From an uncultured Bacteroidota bacterium (lineage in GTDB: Bacteria; Bacteroidota; Bacteroidia; Bacteroidales; JAAUTT01), in the NCBI GenBank assembly GCA_963846585.1, contig CAWJWO010000010.1:5163-69162 (forward strand): a stretch of DNA of 64,000 nucleotides, given 5' to 3'. This document shows, piece by piece, positions 16,286-24,859 of this stretch; within the stretch, counting starts at the first letter, position 1; each line of letters starts with the position of its first letter. A program made the position numbers and the translations under genes. The notes below the pieces were generated by a model. It ran no database searches. It was not told the origin of the DNA and was given only the letters and a program-made list of their open reading frames with translations.

Positions 16286-17706
16286 TATTTTAAGAACTCC
16301 TGGAACCAGCATGCGGAATCCTTAACAACCCTCAGCTGGGTTTTAAAATCATTATAGATTATCCCGAACTTTGGCTGGTAACCATAAGTCCATTCGAAAT
16401 TATCAATCAGAGTCCAAATGAAATAACCTGAAATGTTAACGCCTTCATTTTTTGCCTTTAATACGGATTTAATATAATTTTTAAAGAATTTGATCCTTTC
16501 AGTATCATGAATTGATCCTGCATTCAGATGGTCTGTAAAGGCCGCGCCATTTTCGGTAATAATTATTTCTTTTACCGGATACCTTGAGAATTGTTTAATA
16601 ATTTCGTATAAACCTTCGGGATAAACTTCCCATCCCATCCGGGTATATTCTGTAGTTTTATCGTGGTGTTTTACCTGGTTGGCCCATATGTACGGGACAA
16701 TACCGGCTTTACCTATAACTCTGAAATAGTTTTGCAATCCTATAAAATCGAAGTCGAATTTCAGCTTTTCCTCATCGCCGGGTTGTATATGATTCTCAAT
16801 CTTTTTTAAAAACGGAAGGTCATTTACCGGATAGCCCATTCCAAGAGTTGGTTCAATAAACAGACGGTTCAGTAGTACGTCGATGCGTTTGGCCGCCTTT
16901 TCATGTTTCGGAATCTGTTTATAAGGCTCTACGTAGGAACATGATAATGCATTTCCAATCCTGGCATTTTTCACATTAGATCGTATCACCCTGCCACCTT
17001 CAGCCATAGAAAGCATTACGTTATGCACTGAAGATAGGAAACTGTTTAAACCTATATGACCGGGGGCATGTAAACCGGTGAAATATCCCAATATTGTAAT
17101 AGCGGCCGGTTCGTTAATAACGATCCAATTTTTTACCCTGTCGCCAAATCTTTGTGTACAAAGATTCGTATAATCTGAAAACCAACCTACTATATCACGG
17201 GATTTCCAGCCACCTTTATCTTCAAGCATCTGTGGCAAATCCCAGTGATACAATGTAAGCCAAGGAGTGATACCTTTTTCCAGGCAGGTATCAATTACAT
17301 TATTGTAAAAGCCTATCCCTTTTTCATTGACCCGACCCGTTCCTTCCGGCATAACCCTTGACCAGGCAACTGAAAACCGGAAATTTTTAAAGTTAAGGTC
17401 ATTTACCAGTGAAATATCATTTTTGTATAAATGATAAAAATCAGAAGTTATGTCAGCATTGCTTCTGTCTTTAATACGGCTCTCCTTTTCATGAGTAAAC
17501 CTGTCCCATATTGATTCTCCTTTGCCGTCGGTATTCCAGGCACCTTCAGATTGAAAGGCTGATGTAGTAATCCCCCATAGAAAAGAAGGCCCAAACATTT
17601 CTTTTGTTAACTCAGGGTCGGATTGAAATGCTTTGGCAATCCAACTGCTAAGGTACAATCCTGAAACACCTGTACCCAATATTTTTAGAAAATCCGACCT
17701 GTTCAT
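16285..17706 (-). CDS. GH1 beta-glucosidase
   Basis: Acid/base motif VINEP and nucleophile motif ITENG, plus a typical GH1 N-terminal FLWGxxTSAFQxEG segment. N-terminal export signal present. Confidence 0.92.
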   Translation of the reverse strand: MNRSDFLKILGTGVSGLYLSSWIAKAFQSDPELTKEMFGPSFLWGITTSAFQSEGAWNTDGKGESIWDRFTHEKESRIKDRSNADITSDFYHLYKNDISLVNDLNFKNFRFSVAWSRVMPEGTGRVNEKGIGFYNNVIDTCLEKGITPWLTLYHWDLPQMLEDKGGWKSRDIVGWFSDYTNLCTQRFGDRVKNWIVINEPAAITILGYFTGLHAPGHIGLNSFLSSVHNVMLSMAEGGRVIRSNVKNARIGNALSCSYVEPYKQIPKHEKAAKRIDVLLNRLFIEPTLGMGYPVNDLPFLKKIENHIQPGDEEKLKFDFDFIGLQNYFRVIGKAGIVPYIWANQVKHHDKTTEYTRMGWEVYPEGLYEIIKQFSRYPVKEIIITENGAAFTDHLNAGSIHDTERIKFFKNYIKSVLKAKNEGVNISGYFIWTLIDNFEWTYGYQPKFGIIYNDFKTQLRVVKDSACWFQEFLK

Positions 17707-17825
17707 GCACTATAGAAATTAATTTTTTAAAAACCTAAAAATATACTTAAAAGTTTATTTTCTTTCTATATTCAAAAATATAGATGATAATAAGAAAACT
17801 TTATCTTTGAAGTTAAAATTGACTA

Positions 17826-18911
17826 ATGAAGGAAATTGAAGAAAACCCGTTTAAAAGATTAAGAGGAATAAGGATTCTTTATCCTTTGGTTATCGGGTTG
17901 GGAGTAGTTATATTTTTCTATATTAAGGATTATAATCCCAAAGCGATTAATTTATTAAGGTTTACAACCAGGACCTTTTTGTTTATTGGGCTTGCCTTTT
18001 TATTCATGATAATGCGCGATATAGGGTATATGATCCGTATCAGGATACTCTCAAGTAAGGAATTATCATGGATACAGGCTTTCAGGGTAATAATGCTTTG
18101 GGAATTTTCTTCTACTATTTTACCTTCAGCTGTGGGAGGTACTACTATTGCCCCGTTATTTATCAACAAAGAAGGGATTTCACTTGGAAGGAGCACTGCA
18201 GTGGTACTTGCGACATCTTTTCTTGACGAATTATATTTTATAATTATGTTTCCACTGTTACTTTTGGTTATTACTACTCATAAACTTTTTGCTGTTGGTG
18301 TTCATGGGGTTGGAGGGGAGGTTTTTTCGCTTACAAACGAGTTTTTATGGTTTGCAGTCATTGGATATTCTTTAAAATTTGTTTATGCCCTTTTCCTGAG
18401 TTATGGACTTTTTGCTAATCCGCGGGGTTTAAAATGGTTATTAATGGCTGTATTTAAGATTCCTTTCCTTCGTCGCTGGCGTTATGGTGCTAATGTTACT
18501 GGTAATGATATTATAACCAGTTCAATTGAACTTAGGAATAAACCATTTTCTTTCTGGGGAAAAGCCTTTGGTGCTACTTTTTTCTCATGGAGTTCCCGTT
18601 ACCTGGTTGTTAATGCTTTATTCCTCGGATTCTTTAAAGTTTCTGATCATTTTCTGCTATTTGCCCGACAGCTGGTTATGTCAAATATGCAGCTTGTAGC
18701 CCCAACTCCAGGAGGAAGTGGCTTTTCGGAGCTTATTTTTAGAAAGTACCTTGCCGATTTTGTGCCTGCAGATCCGGTACTTGTAAGTGGCATTATTATT
18801 ATAATTGTTCTTTTATGGCGTTTGGTGAGTTATTATCCTTATCTTATAATTGGTACCATAATTCTGCCTTCCTGGCTAAGAAAACATATGGGCAATAGAT
18901 TAGGACAATAG
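17826..18911 (+). CDS. Flippase-like / lysylphosphatidylglycerol-synthase TM-region family membrane protein (UPF0104-like)
   Basis: About eight TM helices with the characteristic TPGGSGFSE motif near the C-terminal third. Confidence 0.65.
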   Translation: MKEIEENPFKRLRGIRILYPLVIGLGVVIFFYIKDYNPKAINLLRFTTRTFLFIGLAFLFMIMRDIGYMIRIRILSSKELSWIQAFRVIMLWEFSSTILPSAVGGTTIAPLFINKEGISLGRSTAVVLATSFLDELYFIIMFPLLLLVITTHKLFAVGVHGVGGEVFSLTNEFLWFAVIGYSLKFVYALFLSYGLFANPRGLKWLLMAVFKIPFLRRWRYGANVTGNDIITSSIELRNKPFSFWGKAFGATFFSWSSRYLVVNALFLGFFKVSDHFLLFARQLVMSNMQLVAPTPGGSGFSELIFRKYLADFVPADPVLVSGIIIIIVLLWRLVSYYPYLIIGTIILPSWLRKHMGNRLGQ

Positions 18912-19028
18912 GATTAAAGGATGGTAGGATAATCGGTAAGCAGGTGGTAAATAATTATGAAATAAGTTCATATAACTAATTATTATATAATAGTTTTTTA
19001 TTAATTTAGGATTAAATAATATAAAATA

Positions 19029-19063
19029 ATTTGAAAATTTGAAAATGTGCAAATTTGAAAATT
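19029..19063 (+). repeat. TTTGAAAA-word array, exact 35-mer shared with 58108-58142
   Basis: ATTTGAAAATTTGAAAATGTGCAAATTTGAAAATT is present identically at both sites. Confidence 0.95.
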
Positions 19064-19088
19064 AAAATAGCAGATTCCATTTTAAAGT

Positions 19089-19949
19089 ATGAATATAACA
19101 AGCCTTGAATTAGACCTTTTTTTAAATGCATTGCGTAATTATTCCAACTATGATTTCAGGGAATATTCTGATAAATCCTTAAAAAGGAGGCTGGCAAAAG
19201 TCTTGACAGATTATAAACTGGAAATTCAGGCACTTATTTTACAGATGAGGTCAGATCCTCTATTTATCGAAAAAGTTGTAAAAGATATTACGGTTAATAC
19301 TACCGAGTTATTCCGTGAACCGCATATCTGGCAACATGTAAAATATATATTACTTCCAAAATGGGAAAATCAACAGAATATTAATATATGGCATGCAGGT
19401 TGTTCATATGGGCAGGAGGTATATTCCATGCTGATGATTATTAATGAATTAGGCATGCTTGATAAAGTCAGGTTATATGGAACTGACCTGAATACAGATG
19501 TAATTTCTTATGCAAAAAAAGGAATTTACAGGTACAGGTTTAATATTTCTTATTTGGATAATTTTGATAAAGCACTTAAAGAAAATCCTTTTAATTATGA
19601 TGAATATTTTGATATACCATACTCGAAATACTTTGAAATTAATAATGAAAAAGATTTTATTAAAATGAATCCTTTCCTGGTGGATAAACCAATTTTTAAA
19701 AAACACGATCTTGTTAAGGATGGCAACATCTTCTATTTAAAATTTGATCTTATTGTTTGCAGAAATGTAATAATTTATTTTAATTATGAACTTCAGAACA
19801 AGGTTTTCGATCTGTTTTATAATAACTTATATGATCATGGTTTTCTTTGGTTAGGTATGCATGAATCTATATTAGGACCTTTTGCTGCCAAATTTGAAAA
19901 GTTTGGTCATTTTTACCAAAAAAAAGATAGTATATTTTTTTCTAAATAG
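19089..19949 (+). CDS. cheR: CheR-type protein-glutamate O-methyltransferase
   Basis: TELFREP, then the SAM-binding loop NIWHAGCSYGQEVYS, then YGTDLNTDVISYAKKGIY and IVCRNVIIYF. These are the canonical CheR motifs. Confidence 0.85.
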   Translation: MNITSLELDLFLNALRNYSNYDFREYSDKSLKRRLAKVLTDYKLEIQALILQMRSDPLFIEKVVKDITVNTTELFREPHIWQHVKYILLPKWENQQNINIWHAGCSYGQEVYSMLMIINELGMLDKVRLYGTDLNTDVISYAKKGIYRYRFNISYLDNFDKALKENPFNYDEYFDIPYSKYFEINNEKDFIKMNPFLVDKPIFKKHDLVKDGNIFYLKFDLIVCRNVIIYFNYELQNKVFDLFYNNLYDHGFLWLGMHESILGPFAAKFEKFGHFYQKKDSIFFSK

Positions 19950-19989
19950 AATCAATTAAAATGAATATATTTATTAAATGCTATTTTAA

Positions 19990-22683
19990 GTGATGACATT
20001 AATAAATCAAAATATAAAACCGAAACTAAATATTATTATAGGCTCGGTAATTCTTTTACTTCTGTTGATTTTAATAATCCAGTATAATAATTACTATTAT
20101 ACCCGAAAAGCTTTGGTTATTAGTGAACAGATAAACAAAACACAGATATTGCCGGAACAGGTTACCAACCTGCTTAATCAATTTAAAAACAGTGATCTTT
20201 TAAATGACAGGATTTTATCAGGCAATAAAATTTCTTCCCTTGACTCAATAAATATTCTCCTATCCAAATATTGTTTAGTTATCGATAGTTTGTTAAAATC
20301 AAACGATTTATCGCTTAAAAATAAAACAAAAGCAAAATTTAAAAGTATTATTGAAGATTGCAATAGTTTAAAGTCTAAGGACATACAATTAAAAGAAGAA
20401 ATATTGCAGCGTGGGCTATATTATTCAGGTAAATCAGGTGAATGGCAAAGATTTGGGAATTATTTGCAGGAACTTAGTTTTGCTATTCAAAATCCTGAAT
20501 TAATCAGGGAGATATCTTCCGTTACCAGGCAACAGCTGGAGTATCAGGTGACAAAATCAAGCAAGCAAATTGCTGTTATACTTGATCATATAGATGCTTT
20601 AAAAATTTCCCTAAATTCTAAAAAATCAGTTATAGTAAAGGGAATGGATGAAACATTCCGTCTGAAGTTTATAAATGAACTGGAATCTTTTTCAGTATTA
20701 ACACAATCTTTGTATAAATTTGACACAAGACTTGGAATCTGTGGTTCGGAAGGCCTGTTGGGAGAAGTAAATTTTCAGGCAGGATTAATCCGTGATAAAT
20801 CCAAAGAAGGATACATACTGATAAATAAAAATATCAACCAGGCGTTCTTAAATTCATTGATAATTAAAATATTTATAATTATCGTATTAGCAGTTTTATA
20901 CTTCATATTCCTTTACAAATTTTCCAGTTTAATAATTATATCTGTAAAACGAATTAAAGCATTTACAGCTGAACTGGTGCAGGGAAAGCTTCCTTCAACC
21001 ATTAAACTGACTGGCAGTGCCGAGTTATCAGAGATAGGGGAATTATTAAACAATTTTATTGTCAGTTTAAATGAGAAGATAAGGTTTGCTGCGAACATTG
21101 GAACCGGAAATCAAGCAGTAAACATGGTGCCGTTAAGTGAAGATGACACTTTAGCCAATGCTTTGCTAAACATGGAAAAAAGTCTGAATAAAGCTGCCGA
21201 AGAGGATGAAAAGTATAAGATTGAAGAACAGAAAAGGGCCTGGTCGAACGAAGGATTAGCTAAATTCAGCGAGATACTTAGAATGCAAACCAATGACCTG
21301 ACTATACTTTCCGATGAAATCATTTCACATTTGGTAAGGTATGTAGGTGCAAATCAGGGTGGGATATTTTTGTACAATGATGAAGACTTATCCAATATTC
21401 AATTAGATCTTATTTCAGCATTTGCATACGATCGTAAAAAATTTCTTAAAAAAAGAATTAAAATTGGTGAAGGACTTGCCGGTACATGTGCACAGGAAAA
21501 ACAAACAATTTTCCTGACAGATATTCCTGACAATTATTTTGAAATTGCTTCAGGACTGGGAGATGCTGCCCCGAGGAGCCTGTTATTGGTTCCTATGAAG
21601 ACTCAGGAAGCTATATTTGGTATCATAGAATTGGCTTCATTTAATGTTTTTAAGAATCACGAAATTGAGTTTGTAGAGAAAATAGCCCAAAGTACTGCAT
21701 CAACATTTGCTTCGGTAAAAATTAATATAAATACGACACGTTTACTGGAACAATCTAAGAAACAAGCCGAAGAAATGGTTCAGCAGGAAGAGGAAATGCG
21801 CCAAAACCTGGAAGAACTGCAATCAACTCAGGAAGAATCAGCCCGCAGGGAAGCAGAAATTAATAGCTTAATACATGCCGTAGATATTTCTTCCCTGGTA
21901 GTACAATGCGATGTTGATGGAAGAATTATTGAGATTAATAAGAAATTTGCCACTATGCTGAATTTCAGCCGTGATGAATTGATTAACAGGACTTTAAAAA
22001 GCATTTTTTCTTTTGACCATGAAAACGAAGAATTTTATAACCTTCTTAAATCGCTTAAACAGGGTAATAGCGTAGTAAGAAATGAGCAGATAAATCATTT
22101 GAATGGGACGGTTGATTTTTATCTTGTACATTATTCCCCAATTCTTGATAATGAAGGTAAACCATATAAGGTACTTGGAATTGCTTCAAATATAACTGAT
22201 ACAAAGAATTTAGAAACAAATCTGCATAATAAGCAAGAAATACTTTCAACAACCGAGTTTAATTTCAAACAATATAAAAGTTTAGTTAATAGTGGCTTTA
22301 TAAATTGCGAACTAAGCCCGATTGGAGAAATACTGGAAGTAAACGATAATTACATCGAAGCTTTGGGATACCACCGGCACGAATTGATAGGTAAAGATTA
22401 CAGGATATTCCTTCAACCTGATGAATCCAAGCAATTCGAATTAATCTGGATGGAGGTCCATAAAGATAAAACTTATCATGGAGTAATAAAACGTACAAGG
22501 CCAACAGGCGATCAAATTTGGCTAATAGCAAGTTATGTGCCTTTTAAAGATGATCAGGGGGTTATTCAAAAAATTCACTTATTTGGAATGGATATTACTG
22601 AAAAGAAACTTAAATATCAGGTTTTAGAAGATGCTAATAATGAAATAGAACGTCTTAAAAAAATGATAAGTAACCAACTTTGA
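19990..22683 (+). CDS. Membrane sensor: two TM helices, HAMP-like linker, GAF, Glu-rich coiled coil, two PAS domains, no recognisable output domain
   Basis: TM helices near aa 15-35 and 285-315. GAF region LVRYVGANQGGIFLY...IGEGLAGTCAQEKQTIFLTDIPDNYFEIASGLGDAAPRSLLLVPM. Coiled coil EEMVQQEEEMRQNLEELQSTQEE. PAS-like segments end in ASNITDTK and FGMDITEKK. Confidence 0.8.
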   Translation: MMTLINQNIKPKLNIIIGSVILLLLLILIIQYNNYYYTRKALVISEQINKTQILPEQVTNLLNQFKNSDLLNDRILSGNKISSLDSINILLSKYCLVIDSLLKSNDLSLKNKTKAKFKSIIEDCNSLKSKDIQLKEEILQRGLYYSGKSGEWQRFGNYLQELSFAIQNPELIREISSVTRQQLEYQVTKSSKQIAVILDHIDALKISLNSKKSVIVKGMDETFRLKFINELESFSVLTQSLYKFDTRLGICGSEGLLGEVNFQAGLIRDKSKEGYILINKNINQAFLNSLIIKIFIIIVLAVLYFIFLYKFSSLIIISVKRIKAFTAELVQGKLPSTIKLTGSAELSEIGELLNNFIVSLNEKIRFAANIGTGNQAVNMVPLSEDDTLANALLNMEKSLNKAAEEDEKYKIEEQKRAWSNEGLAKFSEILRMQTNDLTILSDEIISHLVRYVGANQGGIFLYNDEDLSNIQLDLISAFAYDRKKFLKKRIKIGEGLAGTCAQEKQTIFLTDIPDNYFEIASGLGDAAPRSLLLVPMKTQEAIFGIIELASFNVFKNHEIEFVEKIAQSTASTFASVKININTTRLLEQSKKQAEEMVQQEEEMRQNLEELQSTQEESARREAEINSLIHAVDISSLVVQCDVDGRIIEINKKFATMLNFSRDELINRTLKSIFSFDHENEEFYNLLKSLKQGNSVVRNEQINHLNGTVDFYLVHYSPILDNEGKPYKVLGIASNITDTKNLETNLHNKQEILSTTEFNFKQYKSLVNSGFINCELSPIGEILEVNDNYIEALGYHRHELIGKDYRIFLQPDESKQFELIWMEVHKDKTYHGVIKRTRPTGDQIWLIASYVPFKDDQGVIQKIHLFGMDITEKKLKYQVLEDANNEIERLKKMISNQL

Positions 22684-22698
22684 AAATTTTTAATCGAT

Positions 22699-23520
22699 AT
22701 GATTGAAATTGGAATAGTCGAAACACGCAATATCATTAGAGTAATAGCAGATACATATAACTATGACTTTAACGATTATGCATTGACTTCCTTTAAACAG
22801 CGGTTAGAAAGGATCATTGAGCAACATAATATTAAATTGGTTGATATTTTTTTAGAAAGGCTCGTAAAAGATAAAAAGTTTTTTGAATTTGTAATTAATA
22901 ATATTGAAGTTCCTTCCACAGAGATGTTTCGCGATCCGTCTATCTGGAGAATTATCCGTGACGAACTGTTGCCCTCCTTAATGAATGAGGCCAATAATGA
23001 AATAAAAGTATGGCTTCCAAATTCTGTGTCCGGTGATGAGCTTTTCTCATTTTGTATTGTATTGCGCGAAATGGGGATTCTCGATAAAGTTCAAATATTT
23101 GTGTCAGCTTTGAGCAGTAGTAGTATTGATACAATAAAATCAGGCTTATTAATGAGCAATAAAATTGAGATCAGTAACGATAACTATATCAGATTTAATG
23201 GTAAAAATCATCTTTCTGATTATTATTCAATTATAGATGGTGAAGCAATTCGTGATCTTTCTTTAATAAAAAATGTTACATTTTTTAAGCAGGATGTTTC
23301 TTTAAATCCTGTTCCACAGGGTATTAAATTAATTCTATTTCGTAATAAGATGATTTATTTCAATCAAACGCTGCAAAGCAAGATTGTGAAAATGTTATAT
23401 AATAATTTACAAGCTAACGGTATCTTAATTATTGGTGTAAAGGAAACGCTCAGCAATTTGTTCGGTTCTCATGAATTTTCATTGATTTATAGTTCGGAAA
23501 GCATTTATAAACATAAATGA
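22699..23520 (+). CDS. CheR-like methyltransferase paralogue with divergent SAM-binding motifs
   Basis: CheR fold motifs TEMFRDPSIW and ILFRNKMIYF are present. However, the glycine loop reads VWLPNSVSGDELFS (canonical IWSAGCSTGEE) and the acidic TD motif reads VSALSS. Confidence 0.75.
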   Translation: MIEIGIVETRNIIRVIADTYNYDFNDYALTSFKQRLERIIEQHNIKLVDIFLERLVKDKKFFEFVINNIEVPSTEMFRDPSIWRIIRDELLPSLMNEANNEIKVWLPNSVSGDELFSFCIVLREMGILDKVQIFVSALSSSSIDTIKSGLLMSNKIEISNDNYIRFNGKNHLSDYYSIIDGEAIRDLSLIKNVTFFKQDVSLNPVPQGIKLILFRNKMIYFNQTLQSKIVKMLYNNLQANGILIIGVKETLSNLFGSHEFSLIYSSESIYKHK

Positions 23521-24077
23521 AAATGTACAAAGCAATTGTTATAGGTGGATCTGCAGGAAGCTTTCAGATAGTAACCAGAATACTAAGTGTATTGCCTGAT
23601 ACATTAAATATGCCTGTTTTCCTGAGTTTACACAGGTTAAAACATATTAGATCAGGCTTTCTGGAAGCACTTTCTTTAAGATCTAATCTTCCTATAATTG
23701 AACCGGACGATAAAGAACAAATAAAATCCGGAATAGCTTATCTGGCTCCTGCTAATTATCATATGTATATAGAGCTGGGTAACAGAATTGCCCTTTCAAC
23801 TGAAGATCCTGTGCATCATTCCAGGCCATCCATAGACCTGTCTTTTATTACTGCTTCAAATGTTTACAGGGATAAACTAATAGGGATTATTTTATCAGGA
23901 GCAAATAGTGATGGAGCAGTGGGACTAAAAAAAATTAAAGAAAATAACGGGCTTGCAATTGTACAGGACCCGGATGATTGCCAGGTCAGGACTATGACTG
24001 AAACTTCAATGAAAATAACCAAAGTTGATCACGTTTTTAAATCAGAAGATATTATTAAATTTCTATTAACATTATAA
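23517..24077 (+). CDS. cheB: CheB-type methylesterase catalytic domain, no receiver domain
   Basis: 186 aa. Contains VIGGSAGSFQ (nucleophile Ser region), a His-containing LSLHRLKH segment, ILSGANSDGAVGLKKIKENNG (Asp region) and VQDP. Its start overlaps the CheR-like stop (ATGA). Confidence 0.8.
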   Translation: MKMYKAIVIGGSAGSFQIVTRILSVLPDTLNMPVFLSLHRLKHIRSGFLEALSLRSNLPIIEPDDKEQIKSGIAYLAPANYHMYIELGNRIALSTEDPVHHSRPSIDLSFITASNVYRDKLIGIILSGANSDGAVGLKKIKENNGLAIVQDPDDCQVRTMTETSMKITKVDHVFKSEDIIKFLLTL

Positions 24078-24083
24078 GCTGAT

Positions 24084-24851
24084 ATGAATTTTAACAACCG
24101 ATACAAAACCTTTAATCTCTTAATTTTTATACTATTTGAATTGATTGTGATATTATTATTTATCACTGTAAACAATGAATTTATTAAGATTGCATCGGGG
24201 CCAAGAGTATTGACAGGATTTATGTTTTTATTAGTTATTTCATTTGGTTTGGTTATGTTTATTCTGGTTGATAAAAAACAAATAATTCCTGTTGAAGGTA
24301 CCGGGAAAATTCTTGAATCGTCAATACCTGAGTCAAAGGATACGGATATTAAAGATATAAAGGAAACAGAGGGGAGATTGGAAGAAAAGGAGATTGATTT
24401 AAGCCGTATTTTACCTCAAGATGCTGTAACAATTGAAAAATATGCCGAAAAACTTTTAATAAACATGGCTGATGAATTTAATATAGTTCAAGCTCTTTTT
24501 TATTATAGAAAGGAAGGAACTGATATTTTTAAATGCAGAGCCCAATATGCCTATTATTCTGACACTAAACCCTCCGATTTTAAAATGGGGGAAACTCTTA
24601 ACGGGCAGGCAATAAAAAATAGAAAAACAGTATCTCTTGCAAAAATACCGGATAACTATTTTACTATTGTTTCAGGATTAGGCAAAGGCATTCCGCGCGA
24701 GATAGTTTTTTTGCCTGTTATCTTTGAAGATAATGTAATTGGGTTAATTGAATATGCAACGTTTTCCACATTTGATTTCAAAACAGAAAGAGATCTTAAC
24801 TTAATAGCTGCAAAAGCCGCGGGAGCCTTAGTACAATTAAATAAAAAGTAA
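24084..24851 (+). CDS. Membrane-anchored stand-alone GAF-domain protein
   Basis: Two N-terminal TM helices, an acidic linker, then a GAF domain paralogous to those of the two neighbouring sensors (IPDNYFTIVSGLGKGIPREIVFLPV...IGLIEYATFS). Confidence 0.7.
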   Translation: MNFNNRYKTFNLLIFILFELIVILLFITVNNEFIKIASGPRVLTGFMFLLVISFGLVMFILVDKKQIIPVEGTGKILESSIPESKDTDIKDIKETEGRLEEKEIDLSRILPQDAVTIEKYAEKLLINMADEFNIVQALFYYRKEGTDIFKCRAQYAYYSDTKPSDFKMGETLNGQAIKNRKTVSLAKIPDNYFTIVSGLGKGIPREIVFLPVIFEDNVIGLIEYATFSTFDFKTERDLNLIAAKAAGALVQLNKK

Positions 24852-24859
24852 ATCTAATT

